NCBI GenBank assembly: GCA_945860135.1
Contig: CAMAPK010000005.1
Coordinates: forward strand, 2,118-66,117
Direction of reading: 5' to 3'
Source of the DNA: Nitrosovibrio sp. Nv4
GTDB lineage: Bacteria > Pseudomonadota > Gammaproteobacteria > Burkholderiales > Nitrosomonadaceae
DNA length: 64,000 nucleotides
A program made the translations under genes and the position numbers. The notes beneath the pieces are model-generated. The model saw nothing but the letters and a program-made list of their open reading frames with translations. It was not told the DNA's origin and made no database searches. Of the stretch, positions 10,337 through 21,833 are shown in pieces (positions within the stretch are counted from its first letter, which is position 1; each line of letters opens with the position of its first letter).

Positions 10337-12400
10337 ATGCCCAATCATCTTGCGGGTGAAACCAGCCCTTATCTTCTGCAGCATGCCGACAATCCGGTGG
10401 ATTGGCACCCCTGGGGCGAGGAGGCGCTGGCGCTGGCGCGCACACAGAATAAACCCATACTGCTTTCCATCGGCTACTCCGCCTGCCACTGGTGTCATGT
10501 CATGGCGCACGAGTCGTTTGAGGACGCAGGAGTCGCCGCAGCGATGAACCGGCACTTCATCAGCATCAAGGTGGATCGTGAAGAGCGCCCCGATCTTGAC
10601 CAGATTTATCAGGCTGCTCTCTACATACTGACTCAGCGCAACGGCGGCTGGCCGTTGACCATGTTCCTGACCCCTGAGCAGAAACCATTCTTTGGCGGCA
10701 CTTATTTCCCCAAGCTGCCGCGGCACGGCATGCCGGGTCTCCTCGATTTATTGCCGCGCGTCGCCGAGGCTTATTACGCCCGTGGCCCGGAAATTGAACA
10801 GCAGAGCAGCGCATTACTGGAATCGCTGGCGAGTACGCTGCCGTCAAGAAACTCAGAGATGCCCGTATTCTCGGAGCAGCCGCTGGCCAACGCGTTGGTG
10901 GAATTAAAAGACAGATTTGATGCTGTGCACGGTGGTTTTGGCGGGGCGCCGAAATTTTTGCATCCTACCGAGCTTGAATTCTGTCTGCGACATTATGCGA
11001 CAACCAGAGACCCAGAAGTTCTGCGAATCACTTCTTATTCCATGGAAAAGATGGCAAAAGGTGGCATCTACGACCATTTGGGGGGTGGCTTCTGCCGTTA
11101 CAGCACCGATCAGCACTGGAGTATTCCGCATTTTGAAAAGATGTTATACGACAATGGGCCGCTACTGCGGCTCTATGCCGATGCCTGGCTGGTAACGGGT
11201 GATTCTCTGTTCAAGCGGATTGTGGACGAGACTGCCGCGTGGGGAATGCGCGAAATGCAGGCGCCGACGGGGGGCTATTACTCGACCATTGACGCCGATT
11301 CGGAACACGAAGAAGGCAAGTTCTACGTCTGGGGACGCGATCAGGTGGAGAGAGTGCTGTTGCCGGAAGAATACGCCGTGGTTGCACCCTATTACGGCCT
11401 CACGCGCTCCCCCAACTTCGAGCACCAGCATTGGAATCTGGAAATCGTGCAACCGCTGGCAGAAGTGGCCCAGGCTATTGGTATCAGTCAGGAGGAAGCG
11501 CAGCAAAGACTGGCGGCCGCACGCGTAAAACTGTTCAGCGAGCGCGAATCGCGTGTGCATCCAGGACGCGATGAAAAGATTCTTACCAGCTGGAATGGGT
11601 TGATGATCAAAGGCATGGCGCGCGCAGGCCGTATTTTCGGGCGCGGCGAGTGGGTACATTCAGCGGCTCTGGCAGTGGATTTTATTCGCTCCACGTTGTG
11701 GCAAGATGGCCGCCTGCTGGCGACCTGCAAGGATGGCAAGGCGCATCTCAACGCCTACCTTGACGATTACGCTTTCTTGTTGGATGGTCTGTTGGAACTG
11801 ATGCAGGCGGAGTTCCGCCAGGCTGATCTGGATTTTGCTGTGGCGCTGGCCGAGGTATTATTGGAACAGTTTGAGGACAAACAGGCGGGAGGTTTTTTCT
11901 TCACCAGCCACGAGCATGAGGAGCTCATCCATCGCCCCAAGCCCGGTTATGACAATGCCACGCCTTCAGGTAACGGGGTGGCGGCCTACAGCCTGCAACG
12001 CCTTGGCCGCCTGCTTGGCGAGTTGCGCTACTTACAGGCAGCGGAGCGCACCCTGAGCTTGTTTTATCCCGCATTATCCCGTCATGCCAGCTCCGGTTGC
12101 AGCCTGCTGACGGTATTGGAGGAAACGCTTACTCCGCGCCAAACCGTTATCCTTCGTGGGGGGGCAGAAGATCTTGCAGAGTGGCGAGATGCATTGCTAC
12201 CCATTGCACCTTATGCCATGGTGCTTGCCTTACCAGCGGAACTTGTCGGCTTGCCGGTGAGTCTGAGTAAACATGTGCCGCCAAGTAAGGCTGTCAACGC
12301 TTGGGTCTGTCAAGGCGTTAGGTGCTTACCCGAAATTTCTGACTTGCAGGAATTGCTGCGCGTCTGCGAAGTTCAAGGTAGAATAAAGTTTCCTCGATAA
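10337..12400 (+). CDS. thioredoxin-domain protein (YyaL/DUF255 family)
   Basis: 687 aa. N-terminal [22 protein letters not shown]...[12 protein letters not shown] thioredoxin-like module followed by an (alpha/alpha)6 epimerase-like region. Confidence 0.85.
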   Translation: MPNHLAGETSPYLLQHADNPVDWHPWGEEALALARTQNKPILLSIGYSACHWCHVMAHESFEDAGVAAAMNRHFISIKVDREERPDLDQIYQAALYILTQRNGGWPLTMFLTPEQKPFFGGTYFPKLPRHGMPGLLDLLPRVAEAYYARGPEIEQQSSALLESLASTLPSRNSEMPVFSEQPLANALVELKDRFDAVHGGFGGAPKFLHPTELEFCLRHYATTRDPEVLRITSYSMEKMAKGGIYDHLGGGFCRYSTDQHWSIPHFEKMLYDNGPLLRLYADAWLVTGDSLFKRIVDETAAWGMREMQAPTGGYYSTIDADSEHEEGKFYVWGRDQVERVLLPEEYAVVAPYYGLTRSPNFEHQHWNLEIVQPLAEVAQAIGISQEEAQQRLAAARVKLFSERESRVHPGRDEKILTSWNGLMIKGMARAGRIFGRGEWVHSAALAVDFIRSTLWQDGRLLATCKDGKAHLNAYLDDYAFLLDGLLELMQAEFRQADLDFAVALAEVLLEQFEDKQAGGFFFTSHEHEELIHRPKPGYDNATPSGNGVAAYSLQRLGRLLGELRYLQAAERTLSLFYPALSRHASSGCSLLTVLEETLTPRQTVILRGGAEDLAEWRDALLPIAPYAMVLALPAELVGLPVSLSKHVPPSKAVNAWVCQGVRCLPEISDLQELLRVCEVQGRIKFPR

Positions 12401-12424
12401 CTTTAACGGATAAAAGGAGTAAAA

Positions 12425-12736
12425 ATGAAAACTGTCTGGATGGGAATGATTGCAGCATCAGCCTTGTTGATGGTAGGCACTGCGCAAGCAAGTCAGGAGC
12501 TGGCCCAAGGCAGCGGTTGCATGAACTGTCACATGCTCGACAAGAAAATGGTCGGACCCGGTCTCAAGGATATCGCCGCCAAGTACAAAGGTGATGCCGG
12601 TGCCGCAGCCAAGTTGACCGAGAAGATAGTCAAAGGCAGCAATGGGGTGTGGGGGCCGATCCCGATGCCGCCGAATGCCGGCGTCAGCGAAGCCAATGCC
12701 AAGACCTTGGCGCAGTGGATTTTGTCGCTCAAGTAA
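12425..12736 (+). CDS. class I c-type cytochrome (c-551/c-552 family)
   Basis: 103 aa with a signal peptide, CMNCH haem motif and VGPGLKDIAAKY...GVWGPIPMPPN...LAQWILSLK, closely resembling remembered c-551/c-552 sequences. Confidence 0.85.
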   Translation: MKTVWMGMIAASALLMVGTAQASQELAQGSGCMNCHMLDKKMVGPGLKDIAAKYKGDAGAAAKLTEKIVKGSNGVWGPIPMPPNAGVSEANAKTLAQWILSLK

Positions 12737-12754
12737 CCTGAGTTTATCGCATAG

Positions 12755-12791
12755 AAAAAGCCGACGCAGTTATGCGTCGGCTTTTTATTTT
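12755..12791 (+). terminator. rho-independent terminator after the cytochrome c gene
   Basis: AAAAAGCCGACGCA-GTTA-TGCGTCGGCTTTTT followed by ATTTTG. Perfect GC-rich stem plus T-tract 19 nt after the stop. Confidence 0.75.
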
Positions 12792-12838
12792 GTGTCAGAA
12801 GTCTACAAATCTGGATCACGGGAGACTGAGCGAAGATC

Positions 12839-13600
12839 ATGGGCTGGTTTGCGACTAATCTGCTGAGCGCTTTTCTGCTGCCGCCACTAAATCTTATCCT
12901 GCTGGGTTTGCTGGGAGTGCTATTGCTCAGGCGCCACCCGCGGCTGGGTAAGCTTCTGGTTGCCAGTACATTGATTCTGCTTTATCTGCTGTCTACTCCT
13001 TTTGTTGCCGGGACTATGCTGCAGAAGCTGGAAACACCGTTTGTTCCCGATTTCGCCGACAGTGCGGCACAGGCCATCGTGGTGCTGGGTGGTGGGACTT
13101 ATTTCAACGCGGTCGAATATGGCGGCGATACGGTAAGCCGCTACAGCCTGGAACGCATTCGTTATGCCGCCCGCTTGCATCGGCTTACGGGCAAGCCGAT
13201 ACTGGCGACTGGCGGTGCTCCGCTCGGCAACGCTTCTTCCGAAGCAGCACAGATGAAAGCGGCGCTGGAAAAGGATTTCCAGGTCTCGGTCAGGTGGATC
13301 GAGGAAGCTTCAAATAACACACGTGAAAACGCCTACAAGAGTTTTGCCATGCTGAAGAAAAACGGGATCACGCACATCATGCTGGTTACCCATGCCTGGC
13401 ATATGCCAAGGGCAGTGCAGGAGTTCGAGCAGGCGGGGTTCAAGGTTACCCCTGCCGCCACTGTATTCACTACTCGTTACCGGACAGATACGCTGGCATT
13501 TATCCCCACCGCCGGTGCGCTACAGCAAAGCGGATTATTTATGCATGAAATAATAGGGATGCTGTGGTATCGGTTATTTCCAGCCCCTGACCAAGCTTGA
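12839..13600 (+). CDS. YdcF/ElyC-family (DUF218) protein
   Basis: 253 aa. N-terminal TM helices, then AIVVLGGG...RIRYAARL...TGG...E...TRENA and LVTHAWHMPRA motifs of DUF218. Confidence 0.8.
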   Translation: MGWFATNLLSAFLLPPLNLILLGLLGVLLLRRHPRLGKLLVASTLILLYLLSTPFVAGTMLQKLETPFVPDFADSAAQAIVVLGGGTYFNAVEYGGDTVSRYSLERIRYAARLHRLTGKPILATGGAPLGNASSEAAQMKAALEKDFQVSVRWIEEASNNTRENAYKSFAMLKKNGITHIMLVTHAWHMPRAVQEFEQAGFKVTPAATVFTTRYRTDTLAFIPTAGALQQSGLFMHEIIGMLWYRLFPAPDQA

Positions 13601-13642
13601 AGTCATTAGAATGGTACCCAAAAATATTTAAAAAGGATAGAC

Positions 13643-14059
13643 ATGAAAGCGCGTATCAAGTGGAAGGATGGAATGAGTTTCCTGGGTGAGTCCGGCAGCG
13701 GCCATGCAGTGCTGATGGACGGCCCGCCAGAGGCAGGCGGCAGAAATCTGGGTCTGCGCCCGATGGAAATGCTGTTGCTGGGAACCGGCGGCTGCGCCGC
13801 TTTCGACGTGATGCTGATCCTGAAAAAGGGCCGTCAGGCGGTCAGCGATTGCGTGGTGGAAATTGAAGCGCAACGGGCAGCGCAAGATCCCAAGGTGTTC
13901 ACCCACATCCACTTTCATTTCATTCTGACCGGGAAAAACCTGCAGCCGCAGCAAATTGAGCGGGCGATCAGTCTATCCGCTGAAAAATACTGTTCGGCCT
14001 CGATCATGCTGGGAAAAACGGCAGAGATGACACACGATTTTGAACTCGTGGAGGAGTAG
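13643..14059 (+). CDS. OsmC-family peroxiredoxin-like protein
   Basis: 138 aa. RPMEMLLLGTGGCAAFDV and SAEKYCSASIML, the two conserved Cys regions of OsmC/Ohr. Confidence 0.85.
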   Translation: MKARIKWKDGMSFLGESGSGHAVLMDGPPEAGGRNLGLRPMEMLLLGTGGCAAFDVMLILKKGRQAVSDCVVEIEAQRAAQDPKVFTHIHFHFILTGKNLQPQQIERAISLSAEKYCSASIMLGKTAEMTHDFELVEE

Positions 14060-14082
14060 AGTTTTCCGTTCGAAGCTTTGCG

Positions 14083-14709
14083 TCAGACCCAATACGCTGT
14101 TCGCGTCATCACTTTTGATCCCAGTTGCATTGCCAGCTTTACCGGTGTCGGCAGCTCTGCGCCGCCATAAGACATGGCCGTAGTGGCATGGCCTGCTTCG
14201 TCGACTTGCATCTGCGCGACGATGGCCCGACTTTTCCCATCATGTTGCGGTAAGCGCTGCAAATGTCCGGCTAGATGAGTCTCCACCTGGCGCTCGGTTT
14301 CCGCAAGAAACCCCAGGTTCCATTTGTCGCCGAGCATGCCCGCGAATGCACCGATGGCGAATGATCCGCCGTACCACAACGGATTCAGCAAACTCTTGCG
14401 CCCGCCCAGCTCCGCAATACGCCGTTCGGTCCAGGCGAGATGTTCCGTTTCTTCACGCGCTGCATGTGTCAAGGCTTGCTGTACCTCGGCATCCCGCGCA
14501 GTGAGCGCTTGTCCCTGGTATAGCGCCTGCGCACAGATCTCACCGACATGGTTGACGCGCATTAGTGCGGTAGTTTCATTTTTTTCCGCGTCGGTCAACT
14601 CGACTTCCGGCAATCCGGTTCCGGGAACCGGGCGTAGAGTCTGCGCTGGCGTCAGCAACGTACGCAACGCATTGTCAAAACCGATGATAAACTTGTCAAT
14701 ATTCGCCAT
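14083..14709 (-). CDS. coq7: demethoxyubiquinone hydroxylase (Coq7-type di-iron)
   Basis: 208 aa. Paired EExxH di-iron motifs ([15 protein letters not shown]) and [15 protein letters not shown], typical of bacterial Coq7. Confidence 0.85.
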   Translation of the reverse strand: MANIDKFIIGFDNALRTLLTPAQTLRPVPGTGLPEVELTDAEKNETTALMRVNHVGEICAQALYQGQALTARDAEVQQALTHAAREETEHLAWTERRIAELGGRKSLLNPLWYGGSFAIGAFAGMLGDKWNLGFLAETERQVETHLAGHLQRLPQHDGKSRAIVAQMQVDEAGHATTAMSYGGAELPTPVKLAMQLGSKVMTRTAYWV

Positions 14710-14730
14710 GGACTTTCCTGAATAATGGAA

Positions 14731-16035
14731 TTAAGGCGGCATGCCCATCTGCCGTGCCAGCAGTGTTACCGGATGCAGCACCTCAATTTTTGATCCCGCC
14801 TGCCGCAATGCACCGGCCAGATGCAGTGCACAGCCGATGTTGGCAGTGGCAAGATAATGCCCCCCGCTTTCGTTCACTGCAATCATTTTATCACCCAGCA
14901 GAGCCTTTGCCATCTCCGGCTGATCGAGAAAATATGTCCCAGCTGCGCCGCAGCACTGATCATTGCCGGCGAGCGGAGCAATGCACGCGCCGGGAATGCG
15001 CGCCAGCAACGCATAGGGATGAGCTGCGCCGCGCAGTACATTACGCAGGCTGCAGGGCTCATGCACTGCAATTTTGTGTGGCAGCGGTGAGATTTTCACG
15101 TCATTCCATCCTTCGGCCTGCTGCAGAAAGGCGCTAATGTCGACAACCTCGGCGGAGAAACCAAAGGGGGTCTCCGCAAGCTGCACACCACAGCCTGATG
15201 CAGTGCTGATGATTGCGTGCAGGTTCAACCCCACAAAAGCCGCCGCGTTTTCTCGCGCTAGTTGCGCTGCCGTATGCAGATCGCCGCCATGTCGCTGTAG
15301 TGCGCCGCAGCAGGTTTGCGCAGGTGGTACATGCACCGTGTAACCCAGGCGATTGAGTACAAATATGGCGGCATTCAACGTTGCGACATCCGCCAGTCTC
15401 GCTACACAGCCGAGGAACAGACCGACTTCGCCGCGCACATCGCCGCTTGCGGGATAGACTGTTTGCCATGATGTGGCTGTCTTGTGGGAAGTGGAGCAGG
15501 GTATGCCGATAAGTGACAACTGTGCCTCCAGCACGGCAAGTTTCGATTTCCCCAGCACACCTGATTTTCGCACCCAAGCCTGCAGGCCGCTGGTCTGGTA
15601 AAGACGCAAGAGCGGGCGCAGCGCATCGAAGCGTGCAGGTTTGGCGATGAATTCCTTCTCCGCCAGGACTCGCAATGCGGATTTTTGCATTCCTGTGCCT
15701 TGTCCGGGCTGGTCGGATGATGACTGTGTCATGGCCGCGCGAGCACTGTCAACCAGCTGCCCGTAAGCCACATGGTTGGGGCAGACAGCTTCACAGGCGC
15801 GGCAGGTGAGGCAGCGGTCCATGTGCAAGGCAAAGCGTGCATTCATCGGAATGCGTCCGCTGGCAACACCGCTGATCAGGGCGATGCGTCCACGCGGCGA
15901 ATCGGCTTCCGACAGGGTTATGCGGTAGGTTGGGCAATGCGGCAGACACAGGCCGCAAGCAACACAGCGGTTGGCTTCGGCGAGCAGTGAAGCGGAAGAA
16001 AAATCAGGCGGAAGATCGGCTAGTTTCGTGATCAT
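14731..16035 (-). CDS. (Fe-S)-binding protein, GlcF / heterodisulfide-reductase-like
   Basis: 434 aa. Two 4Fe-4S ferredoxin motifs (CVACGLCLPHCP, CLTCRACEAVCP) and two CCG domains. No glcD/glcE is adjacent, so the substrate is unassigned. Confidence 0.75.
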   Translation of the reverse strand: MITKLADLPPDFSSASLLAEANRCVACGLCLPHCPTYRITLSEADSPRGRIALISGVASGRIPMNARFALHMDRCLTCRACEAVCPNHVAYGQLVDSARAAMTQSSSDQPGQGTGMQKSALRVLAEKEFIAKPARFDALRPLLRLYQTSGLQAWVRKSGVLGKSKLAVLEAQLSLIGIPCSTSHKTATSWQTVYPASGDVRGEVGLFLGCVARLADVATLNAAIFVLNRLGYTVHVPPAQTCCGALQRHGGDLHTAAQLARENAAAFVGLNLHAIISTASGCGVQLAETPFGFSAEVVDISAFLQQAEGWNDVKISPLPHKIAVHEPCSLRNVLRGAAHPYALLARIPGACIAPLAGNDQCCGAAGTYFLDQPEMAKALLGDKMIAVNESGGHYLATANIGCALHLAGALRQAGSKIEVLHPVTLLARQMGMPP

Positions 16036-16300
16036 CTCCGGTGTAGAAGGCTGGAAGAAAATTTTGCTGGAATGGTAGGCACGGGCAGAGTCTACCCGCT
16101 AAAAGACGGGAAGGGTAGAGGAGTCGCCACTGCCATTCCTGAATGGAAACCCGGCATTATATGTAACGGTCTCAGGCATGTTTACCCAGTCGCCGCAGTG
16201 GGAAGTCACCCTTGACGAACAAGATAAGCCTATCTACCATTCATATTGGAGACCAAGTAGTTTCCCTGCATGTTTCCTCAATCATTCAAAGGAGTTGATT

Positions 16301-16894
16301 ATGCTACAGCATCTATTTTTCCGGAAAACACTGCTAGGCGGCATGGCCCCGTTACTGCTGTCCGGCATGTTGATTACTCAGGTTGCACCAGTCAGTGCGT
16401 CGGAACATGGGCATCACAAAGCCCATGCCAAATTCAATCAGGCGGGAGAGCTGGCCCGGCCGGCAAATATCAAGGAATGGATTTCCATCGGTGCATCGGT
16501 GACCCCGAAAGACATGAACAACGGCAAGCCGGCATTTCCCGAGTTTCATTATGTCTATATTGACCACGCAAGCTGGTCTCACTGGAAAAAAACGGGCGAG
16601 TTTCGCGAAGGTGCCATGATTGCCAAAGAGCTGGTCAGCGTAGGTTCCAAGTCGGCAGCCAGCGGCAGCGGATATTTTGCCGGTGAGTATGTCGGCCCCG
16701 TGGCGGTTTCGGTCAAGGACAGCAAGCGTTTTGCCAAGTCAAACAACTGGGGTTATTTTGTTTTTGGCGACGATAAAGCGCAAAATGCGGCAGCTGATGA
16801 AAGCTGTGTAGCTTGCCACAAAGCCAATGCTGCGCAAGATATGGTCTTCACCCAGTACTGGGCACCATTGCGCGCAGTCAGTCCTAAAAAATAA
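16301..16894 (+). CDS. cytL: cytochrome P460
   Basis: ORF 16178..16894 trimmed to ATG 16301, preceded by AAAGGAG and followed by a signal peptide. HWKKTGEFREGAMIAKELVSVG, SVKDSKRFA and C-terminal CVACHKANAAQDMVFTQYW match the remembered Nitrosomonas P460 sequence closely. Confidence 0.85.
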   Translation: MLQHLFFRKTLLGGMAPLLLSGMLITQVAPVSASEHGHHKAHAKFNQAGELARPANIKEWISIGASVTPKDMNNGKPAFPEFHYVYIDHASWSHWKKTGEFREGAMIAKELVSVGSKSAASGSGYFAGEYVGPVAVSVKDSKRFAKSNNWGYFVFGDDKAQNAAADESCVACHKANAAQDMVFTQYWAPLRAVSPKK

Positions 16895-16974
16895 ATCAAT
16901 CGGCAACGGCAAGTCGGGGTAGCGGTACCACAGAGCGCGCCCTTACTTGTCGTTGCATTCATATCGAATCCGGG

Positions 16975-17550
16975 ATGACAAAAATAATGACACATGATTA
17001 TGCAAGTTTGGCCCCGGAACTGCAAATATCGGATTGGCTGAATACACCGCAGCCGCTTACACTTGCCGCGCTGCGCGGCAAGGTGGTGGTGTTGCATGCC
17101 TTTCAAATGCTCTGTCCAGGCTGCGTGCAAGTCGGCATTCCGCAGGCGCAGCGGATTTACGAGGAATTTGACCCGAAGCGGATCGCGGTAATCGGTCTGC
17201 ATACCGTGTTTGAACACCATGAAGTGATGGGACCTGATGCGCTGGAGGTATTCGCTTATGAATACCGGTTACGCTTTCCGATCGGCATCGACAAGTACGA
17301 AGGCGGGCAGCGCCAAGGTCTGCCACTGACCATGGGCGCGTACCAGATGCAGGGAACTCCGACGCTGATTCTGATCGACAAGGCTGGCCGTGTTCGTTTG
17401 CACAAATTTGGCCATGTGAACGACCTTATGCTTGGGTTTTCGATAGGTGCGCTGCTTTCTGAAGAGATTGGTGGTGTGGCAGAGGATGCGGCAGCAACGC
17501 AGGAAAGTGCCGCAAATACTGCTTGTGATGCGGATGGGTGCAGCGTCTGA
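16975..17550 (+). CDS. redoxin / TlpA-like thiol-disulfide oxidoreductase
   Basis: 191 aa. VVVLHAFQMLCPGCV CxxC motif in a thioredoxin-fold context. Confidence 0.7.
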   Translation: MTKIMTHDYASLAPELQISDWLNTPQPLTLAALRGKVVVLHAFQMLCPGCVQVGIPQAQRIYEEFDPKRIAVIGLHTVFEHHEVMGPDALEVFAYEYRLRFPIGIDKYEGGQRQGLPLTMGAYQMQGTPTLILIDKAGRVRLHKFGHVNDLMLGFSIGALLSEEIGGVAEDAAATQESAANTACDADGCSV

Positions 17551-17566
17551 TCAGGGGTTTATTCTT

Positions 17567-19006
17567 TCAGCGTCCATACACATCCTCAAAACGCACAATA
17601 TCATCTTCGCCCAGATACGAGCCCGATTGCACCTCTATCATCTCGAGCGGTACACAGCCAGGATTCTCCAGACGGTGGCGGGTGCCGAGCGGGATGAAGG
17701 TCGATTCATTTTCGGATACCAGATAGCTGGTGTCACCACGCGTCACTTGCGCCGTGCCACGCACTACGATCCAGTGTTCAGCCCGATGGTGATGCATTTG
17801 CAGGGATAGCGCGGCCCCCGGCTTGACGACAATGCGCTTCACCTGGAAGCGTTCACCGGCATCCACGCCGTCGTACCAGCCCCACGGGCGGAATACCTTG
17901 CGATGCAGCCGCCCTTCCGGCCTGCCTTCACGCTTGAGGCTGTCGACAATTTTTTTCACATCCTGTGTCTTGTTCTTGTGGACGACCAGGATGGCATCTG
18001 GTGTTTCGACCACCACCACATCTTCTACTCCCACGCAAGCCACCAGGCGGCCTCCCGACATGACCAGCGTGTTGCGGCAGTCATGCAACATTACATCACC
18101 CTGTGACACATTGCCTTCAGCGTCTTTGGGCAGCACCTGCCACAGGGAATCCCACGCACCGACATCGGACCAGCCAGCCGCGAGTGGAATCACTACTCCA
18201 GGCGGCAACGCGTTGTCACCGGCGGCAATGCGTTCCATCACTGCGTAGTCGATCGAATCGCTTGGGCACTGCGCAAACGCTTCTTTGCCTACGCGCAAAA
18301 ACTCGCCATCGGCCGAACCCTGATCCCAGGCTGCACGGCAAGCCGCCAGGATATCCCTGCGACAGACGGCAATGGCCGCCAGCCACACTGAAGCGCGCAG
18401 CATGAACAGGCCGCTGTTCCACAGGTAACTGCCGTCATCCAGATAGGCTTGCGCTGTGGCGAGATCCGGTTTTTCCACAAAACGTGCGATATGGTAAGCC
18501 TCGCCTTCGCCAAATGCCGCACCGGACTGGATATAGCCAAAGCCCGTTTCCGGCGAATCTGGCGTGATGCCAAAAGTAACGACCGCACCTTCTGTCGCTA
18601 ACGCCATACCCTTGCGCACTACTGTTTGAAAGGCCGCAGTATCCAGAATTACATGATCTGCCGGCATCACCAGCAGGATCGGGTCGCCCCCCTCACGCAT
18701 CGCCGCCAGCGCAGCCAGAGTGAGTGCTGGCGCCGTATTACGCCCGACCGGCTCGAGCAGGATCGTGCCCGCTATGTTCATCAATCGCAGCTGTTCTGCG
18801 ATCACGAAACGGTATTCCTCATTGCAAACCACCATCGGTGCTTCGAGCCGTATGCCTGCCAGTCCCTCGATACGGCGGATGGTGGCCTGCAACAGGGAAT
18901 CTTCACCGATCAGCGGCAATAGTTGTTTGGGATACTTCTCGCGTGAAAGTGGCCACAAACGGGTACCGGAACCACCGGAGAGGACGACAGGAAGCAGTAT
19001 TTGCAT
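17567..19006 (-). CDS. mannose-1-phosphate guanylyltransferase / mannose-6-phosphate isomerase
   Basis: 479 aa. N-terminal LSGGSGTRLWPLSR nucleotidyltransferase motif and a C-terminal cupin (HHHRAEHWIVVRGTA...IPLGTRHRLENPG). Confidence 0.9.
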   Translation of the reverse strand: MQILLPVVLSGGSGTRLWPLSREKYPKQLLPLIGEDSLLQATIRRIEGLAGIRLEAPMVVCNEEYRFVIAEQLRLMNIAGTILLEPVGRNTAPALTLAALAAMREGGDPILLVMPADHVILDTAAFQTVVRKGMALATEGAVVTFGITPDSPETGFGYIQSGAAFGEGEAYHIARFVEKPDLATAQAYLDDGSYLWNSGLFMLRASVWLAAIAVCRRDILAACRAAWDQGSADGEFLRVGKEAFAQCPSDSIDYAVMERIAAGDNALPPGVVIPLAAGWSDVGAWDSLWQVLPKDAEGNVSQGDVMLHDCRNTLVMSGGRLVACVGVEDVVVVETPDAILVVHKNKTQDVKKIVDSLKREGRPEGRLHRKVFRPWGWYDGVDAGERFQVKRIVVKPGAALSLQMHHHRAEHWIVVRGTAQVTRGDTSYLVSENESTFIPLGTRHRLENPGCVPLEMIEVQSGSYLGEDDIVRFEDVYGR

Positions 19007-19250
19007 GGGTTCCCTAACGTGAGAGATAAATCATATCTGTTCTAACCAGCAGCTTAATCAGGCTTCAGTGGGCGAAATTCTACCATTGTAGTATCACAGC
19101 AAGGTCATTCGCTTAACTCTCTTTGAGGCAATTGGAGCATCCTTCCACATGTTCCAATGAATTTGGTGCTGTGTTAGAATTGCGCGCTCCCAATTGGCTG
19201 GCGTATAGGCAGCCCTGTTGTGTATGCAAGGATGCGACAGCTTCACAAAA

Positions 19251-19326
<76 letters not shown>

Positions 19327-19498
19327 TTATCCATGTGGATTTCCGAGATTTTTCGATTTACGGATTTTCTACAGTAGCGGAGAAGTTCCCGCAATCTTTC
19401 GGAAGACTTGCAACGCCTCTCATTGATAGTATTCACGCTGTTGTAATACTATAATCAACGGATTTCGGATTATTCACCAGTTGCTTACACCATCTTCC

Positions 19499-20752
19499 AT
19501 GCAGTTATTTGCCTTCGGCATCAACCATCAAACCGCGCCACTGGACGTGCGTGAGCAGGTTGCATTCCCGGAAGATGCAATGGAGGGTGCGCTGCATGAT
19601 CTGGTGCAGCATCATCCAGTGGGGGAGGCAGCGATTGTCTCCACCTGCAATCGCACCGAGGTTTATTGCAGCACCGATAAACCCGAGGCGGCAACGCACT
19701 GGCTGGCGGACTACCATCATCTGCAGGCGCGGGAGCTGGAACCCTATCTGTACAAGCTGCCGCGCGAACAGGCGGTGAAGCATGCTTTTCGCGTCGCCAG
19801 CGGTTTGGATTCGATGGTGCTGGGCGAGCCGCAGATACTCGGCCAGTTGAAGGATGCAGTGAAATCTGCCGAACACGCCGGCACATTGGGGATGCTGCTG
19901 CACAAGCTGTTCCAGCGTACCTTTTTTGTCGCCAAGGAGGTTCGTACTTCCACTGAAATCGGCACCAATTCCGTTTCCATGGCTGCCGCTGCCACCCGGC
20001 TGGCAGAGCGGATTTTCGGCGACATCAGTGAACAGCGCGTACTGTTTATCGGTGCAGGTGAAATGATAGAGTTATGCGCCAGTCATTTCGCCGCACGCCA
20101 TCCAAAACACATCACTGTCGCCAATCGCACAATCGAGCGCGCACAGTTGCTGGCGCAGCGTTTCAATGCACAGGCCATTACGTTGAACGAGCTTCCCGAA
20201 CAACTGGCGCTACACGATATTGTGGTGAGCTGCACCGCCAGTCCCTTGCCCATACTCGGCAAGGGTATGGTGGAGCGCGCCATCAAAGTGCGCAAGCATC
20301 GTCCGATTTTTATGGTGGACCTGGCTGTGCCGCGAGATGTTGAGCCGGAAGTGGCAGAACTGGACGATGTATTTCTTTATTCCGTGGATGATCTGGCCGA
20401 TATCGTCAAAGAGGGGCTGGATCTGCGCCAGGGTGCGGTGGCGCAAGCCGAGGCCATCATCGATTCCAATGTGATCAACTTCATGCACTGGCTGGAATCG
20501 CGCGAGTTGGTACCTACCATTCGTGCGTTGCGTGACCAGGCCGAACGTTATCGGCGGCATGAACTCGAACGGGCCATGAAGCTTCTGGCCAAGGGTGAAG
20601 ACCCGCAGAAAATCCTGGAATTACTGAGTAACGGCCTCACCAATAAATTCCTGCATATCCCCTCCGAAGCGCTCAATCATGCCACAGCCGATGAGCGTGA
20701 CGACCTGGTCGGGCTGGTCAACCGCTTGTATCAACTCCACCGCCCGGAATGA
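19499..20752 (+). CDS. hemA: glutamyl-tRNA reductase
   Basis: ORF 19481 (TTG) trimmed to ATG 19499 ([14 protein letters not shown]...). STCNRTEVY active-site motif, GAGEM NADPH motif. Confidence 0.95.
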   Translation: MQLFAFGINHQTAPLDVREQVAFPEDAMEGALHDLVQHHPVGEAAIVSTCNRTEVYCSTDKPEAATHWLADYHHLQARELEPYLYKLPREQAVKHAFRVASGLDSMVLGEPQILGQLKDAVKSAEHAGTLGMLLHKLFQRTFFVAKEVRTSTEIGTNSVSMAAAATRLAERIFGDISEQRVLFIGAGEMIELCASHFAARHPKHITVANRTIERAQLLAQRFNAQAITLNELPEQLALHDIVVSCTASPLPILGKGMVERAIKVRKHRPIFMVDLAVPRDVEPEVAELDDVFLYSVDDLADIVKEGLDLRQGAVAQAEAIIDSNVINFMHWLESRELVPTIRALRDQAERYRRHELERAMKLLAKGEDPQKILELLSNGLTNKFLHIPSEALNHATADERDDLVGLVNRLYQLHRPE

Positions 20753-21825
20753 ACAATAGCATCGCTGCCAAGCTCACGCAGCTCAGCGTGCGCCTGGAGG
20801 AATTAACCCGTCTGCTAAGCAGTGAGACCATCACTGCCAATCTGGATAACTACCGCAAGCTGACACGCGAACGTGCCGAGATTACCCCGGTGGTCGAGCT
20901 TTATCACGCCTACCAGCAGAGTGAGCGCGACATCCAGACTGCGCAGGAAATGAGCGCCGACCTGGAAATGCGCGAATTTGCCGATGCCGAGATACGCGAA
21001 GGTAAAGAGAAGCTCGTGCAAATCGAAGCAGAGCTGCAGAAACAGTTATTGCCCAAGGATCCCAACGACGAGCGCAATATTTTTCTGGAAATCCGTGCCG
21101 GCACGGGCGGCGACGAATCCGCATTGTTCGCAGGCGACTTGTTCCGCATGTATGCACGCTTCGCCGAGCGCCAGCGCTGGCAGGTGGAAGTGATTTCACA
21201 AAGCCCATCGGAAGCGGGCGGCTACAAGGAAATTATCGCCAAGATCATTGGCCAGGGAGCTTACTCCAAGCTCAAATTTGAATCCGGCGGCCACCGGGTG
21301 CAGCGCGTGCCGGCCACCGAGACCCAGGGGCGCATCCATACTTCCGCCTGCACCGTAGCGGTGATGCCGGAGGCGGATGAAATCGACGATGTGACGTTGA
21401 ATCCGGCTGAGTTGCGTATTGATACATTTCGTGCCTCTGGCGCAGGCGGTCAGCATATTAATAAAACCGATTCGGCAGTACGCATCACGCATTTGCCGAC
21501 GGGCATTGTGGTTGAATGCCAGGATGGACGCTCACAGCACAAGAATAAGGCACAGGCCATGAGCGTTCTGGTGGCACGAATCCGCGACAAACAGACACGC
21601 GAGCAGCAGGCCAGGCAAGCGGCTACCCGTAAGTCGCTGATAGGCAGCGGCGATCGCTCGGAGCGAATTCGCACCTACAATTTTCCGCAGGGGCGTATTA
21701 CCGACCACCGCATCAACCTTACGCTTTATAAAATAGACCAGATCATGGACGGGGACTTGAACGAGCTTTGTTCTGCGCTGATGTCCGAACACCAGACGGA
21801 ACAGTTGGCGGCGATGGCGGATTAG
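20749..21825 (+). CDS. prfA: peptide chain release factor 1
   Basis: 358 aa with PAT tripeptide region, [19 protein letters not shown] motif. Start overlaps the hemA stop by 4 nt. Confidence 0.95.
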   Translation: MNNSIAAKLTQLSVRLEELTRLLSSETITANLDNYRKLTRERAEITPVVELYHAYQQSERDIQTAQEMSADLEMREFADAEIREGKEKLVQIEAELQKQLLPKDPNDERNIFLEIRAGTGGDESALFAGDLFRMYARFAERQRWQVEVISQSPSEAGGYKEIIAKIIGQGAYSKLKFESGGHRVQRVPATETQGRIHTSACTVAVMPEADEIDDVTLNPAELRIDTFRASGAGGQHINKTDSAVRITHLPTGIVVECQDGRSQHKNKAQAMSVLVARIRDKQTREQQARQAATRKSLIGSGDRSERIRTYNFPQGRITDHRINLTLYKIDQIMDGDLNELCSALMSEHQTEQLAAMAD

Positions 21826-21833
21826 AGTTGGGC

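Noticed and set aside
19327-19498. tRNA-Phe 3' end as an integration hotspot for a genomic island
   Set aside because: hemA follows within about 170 nt. No integrase, no direct repeat of the tRNA 3' end and no accessory genes are present.
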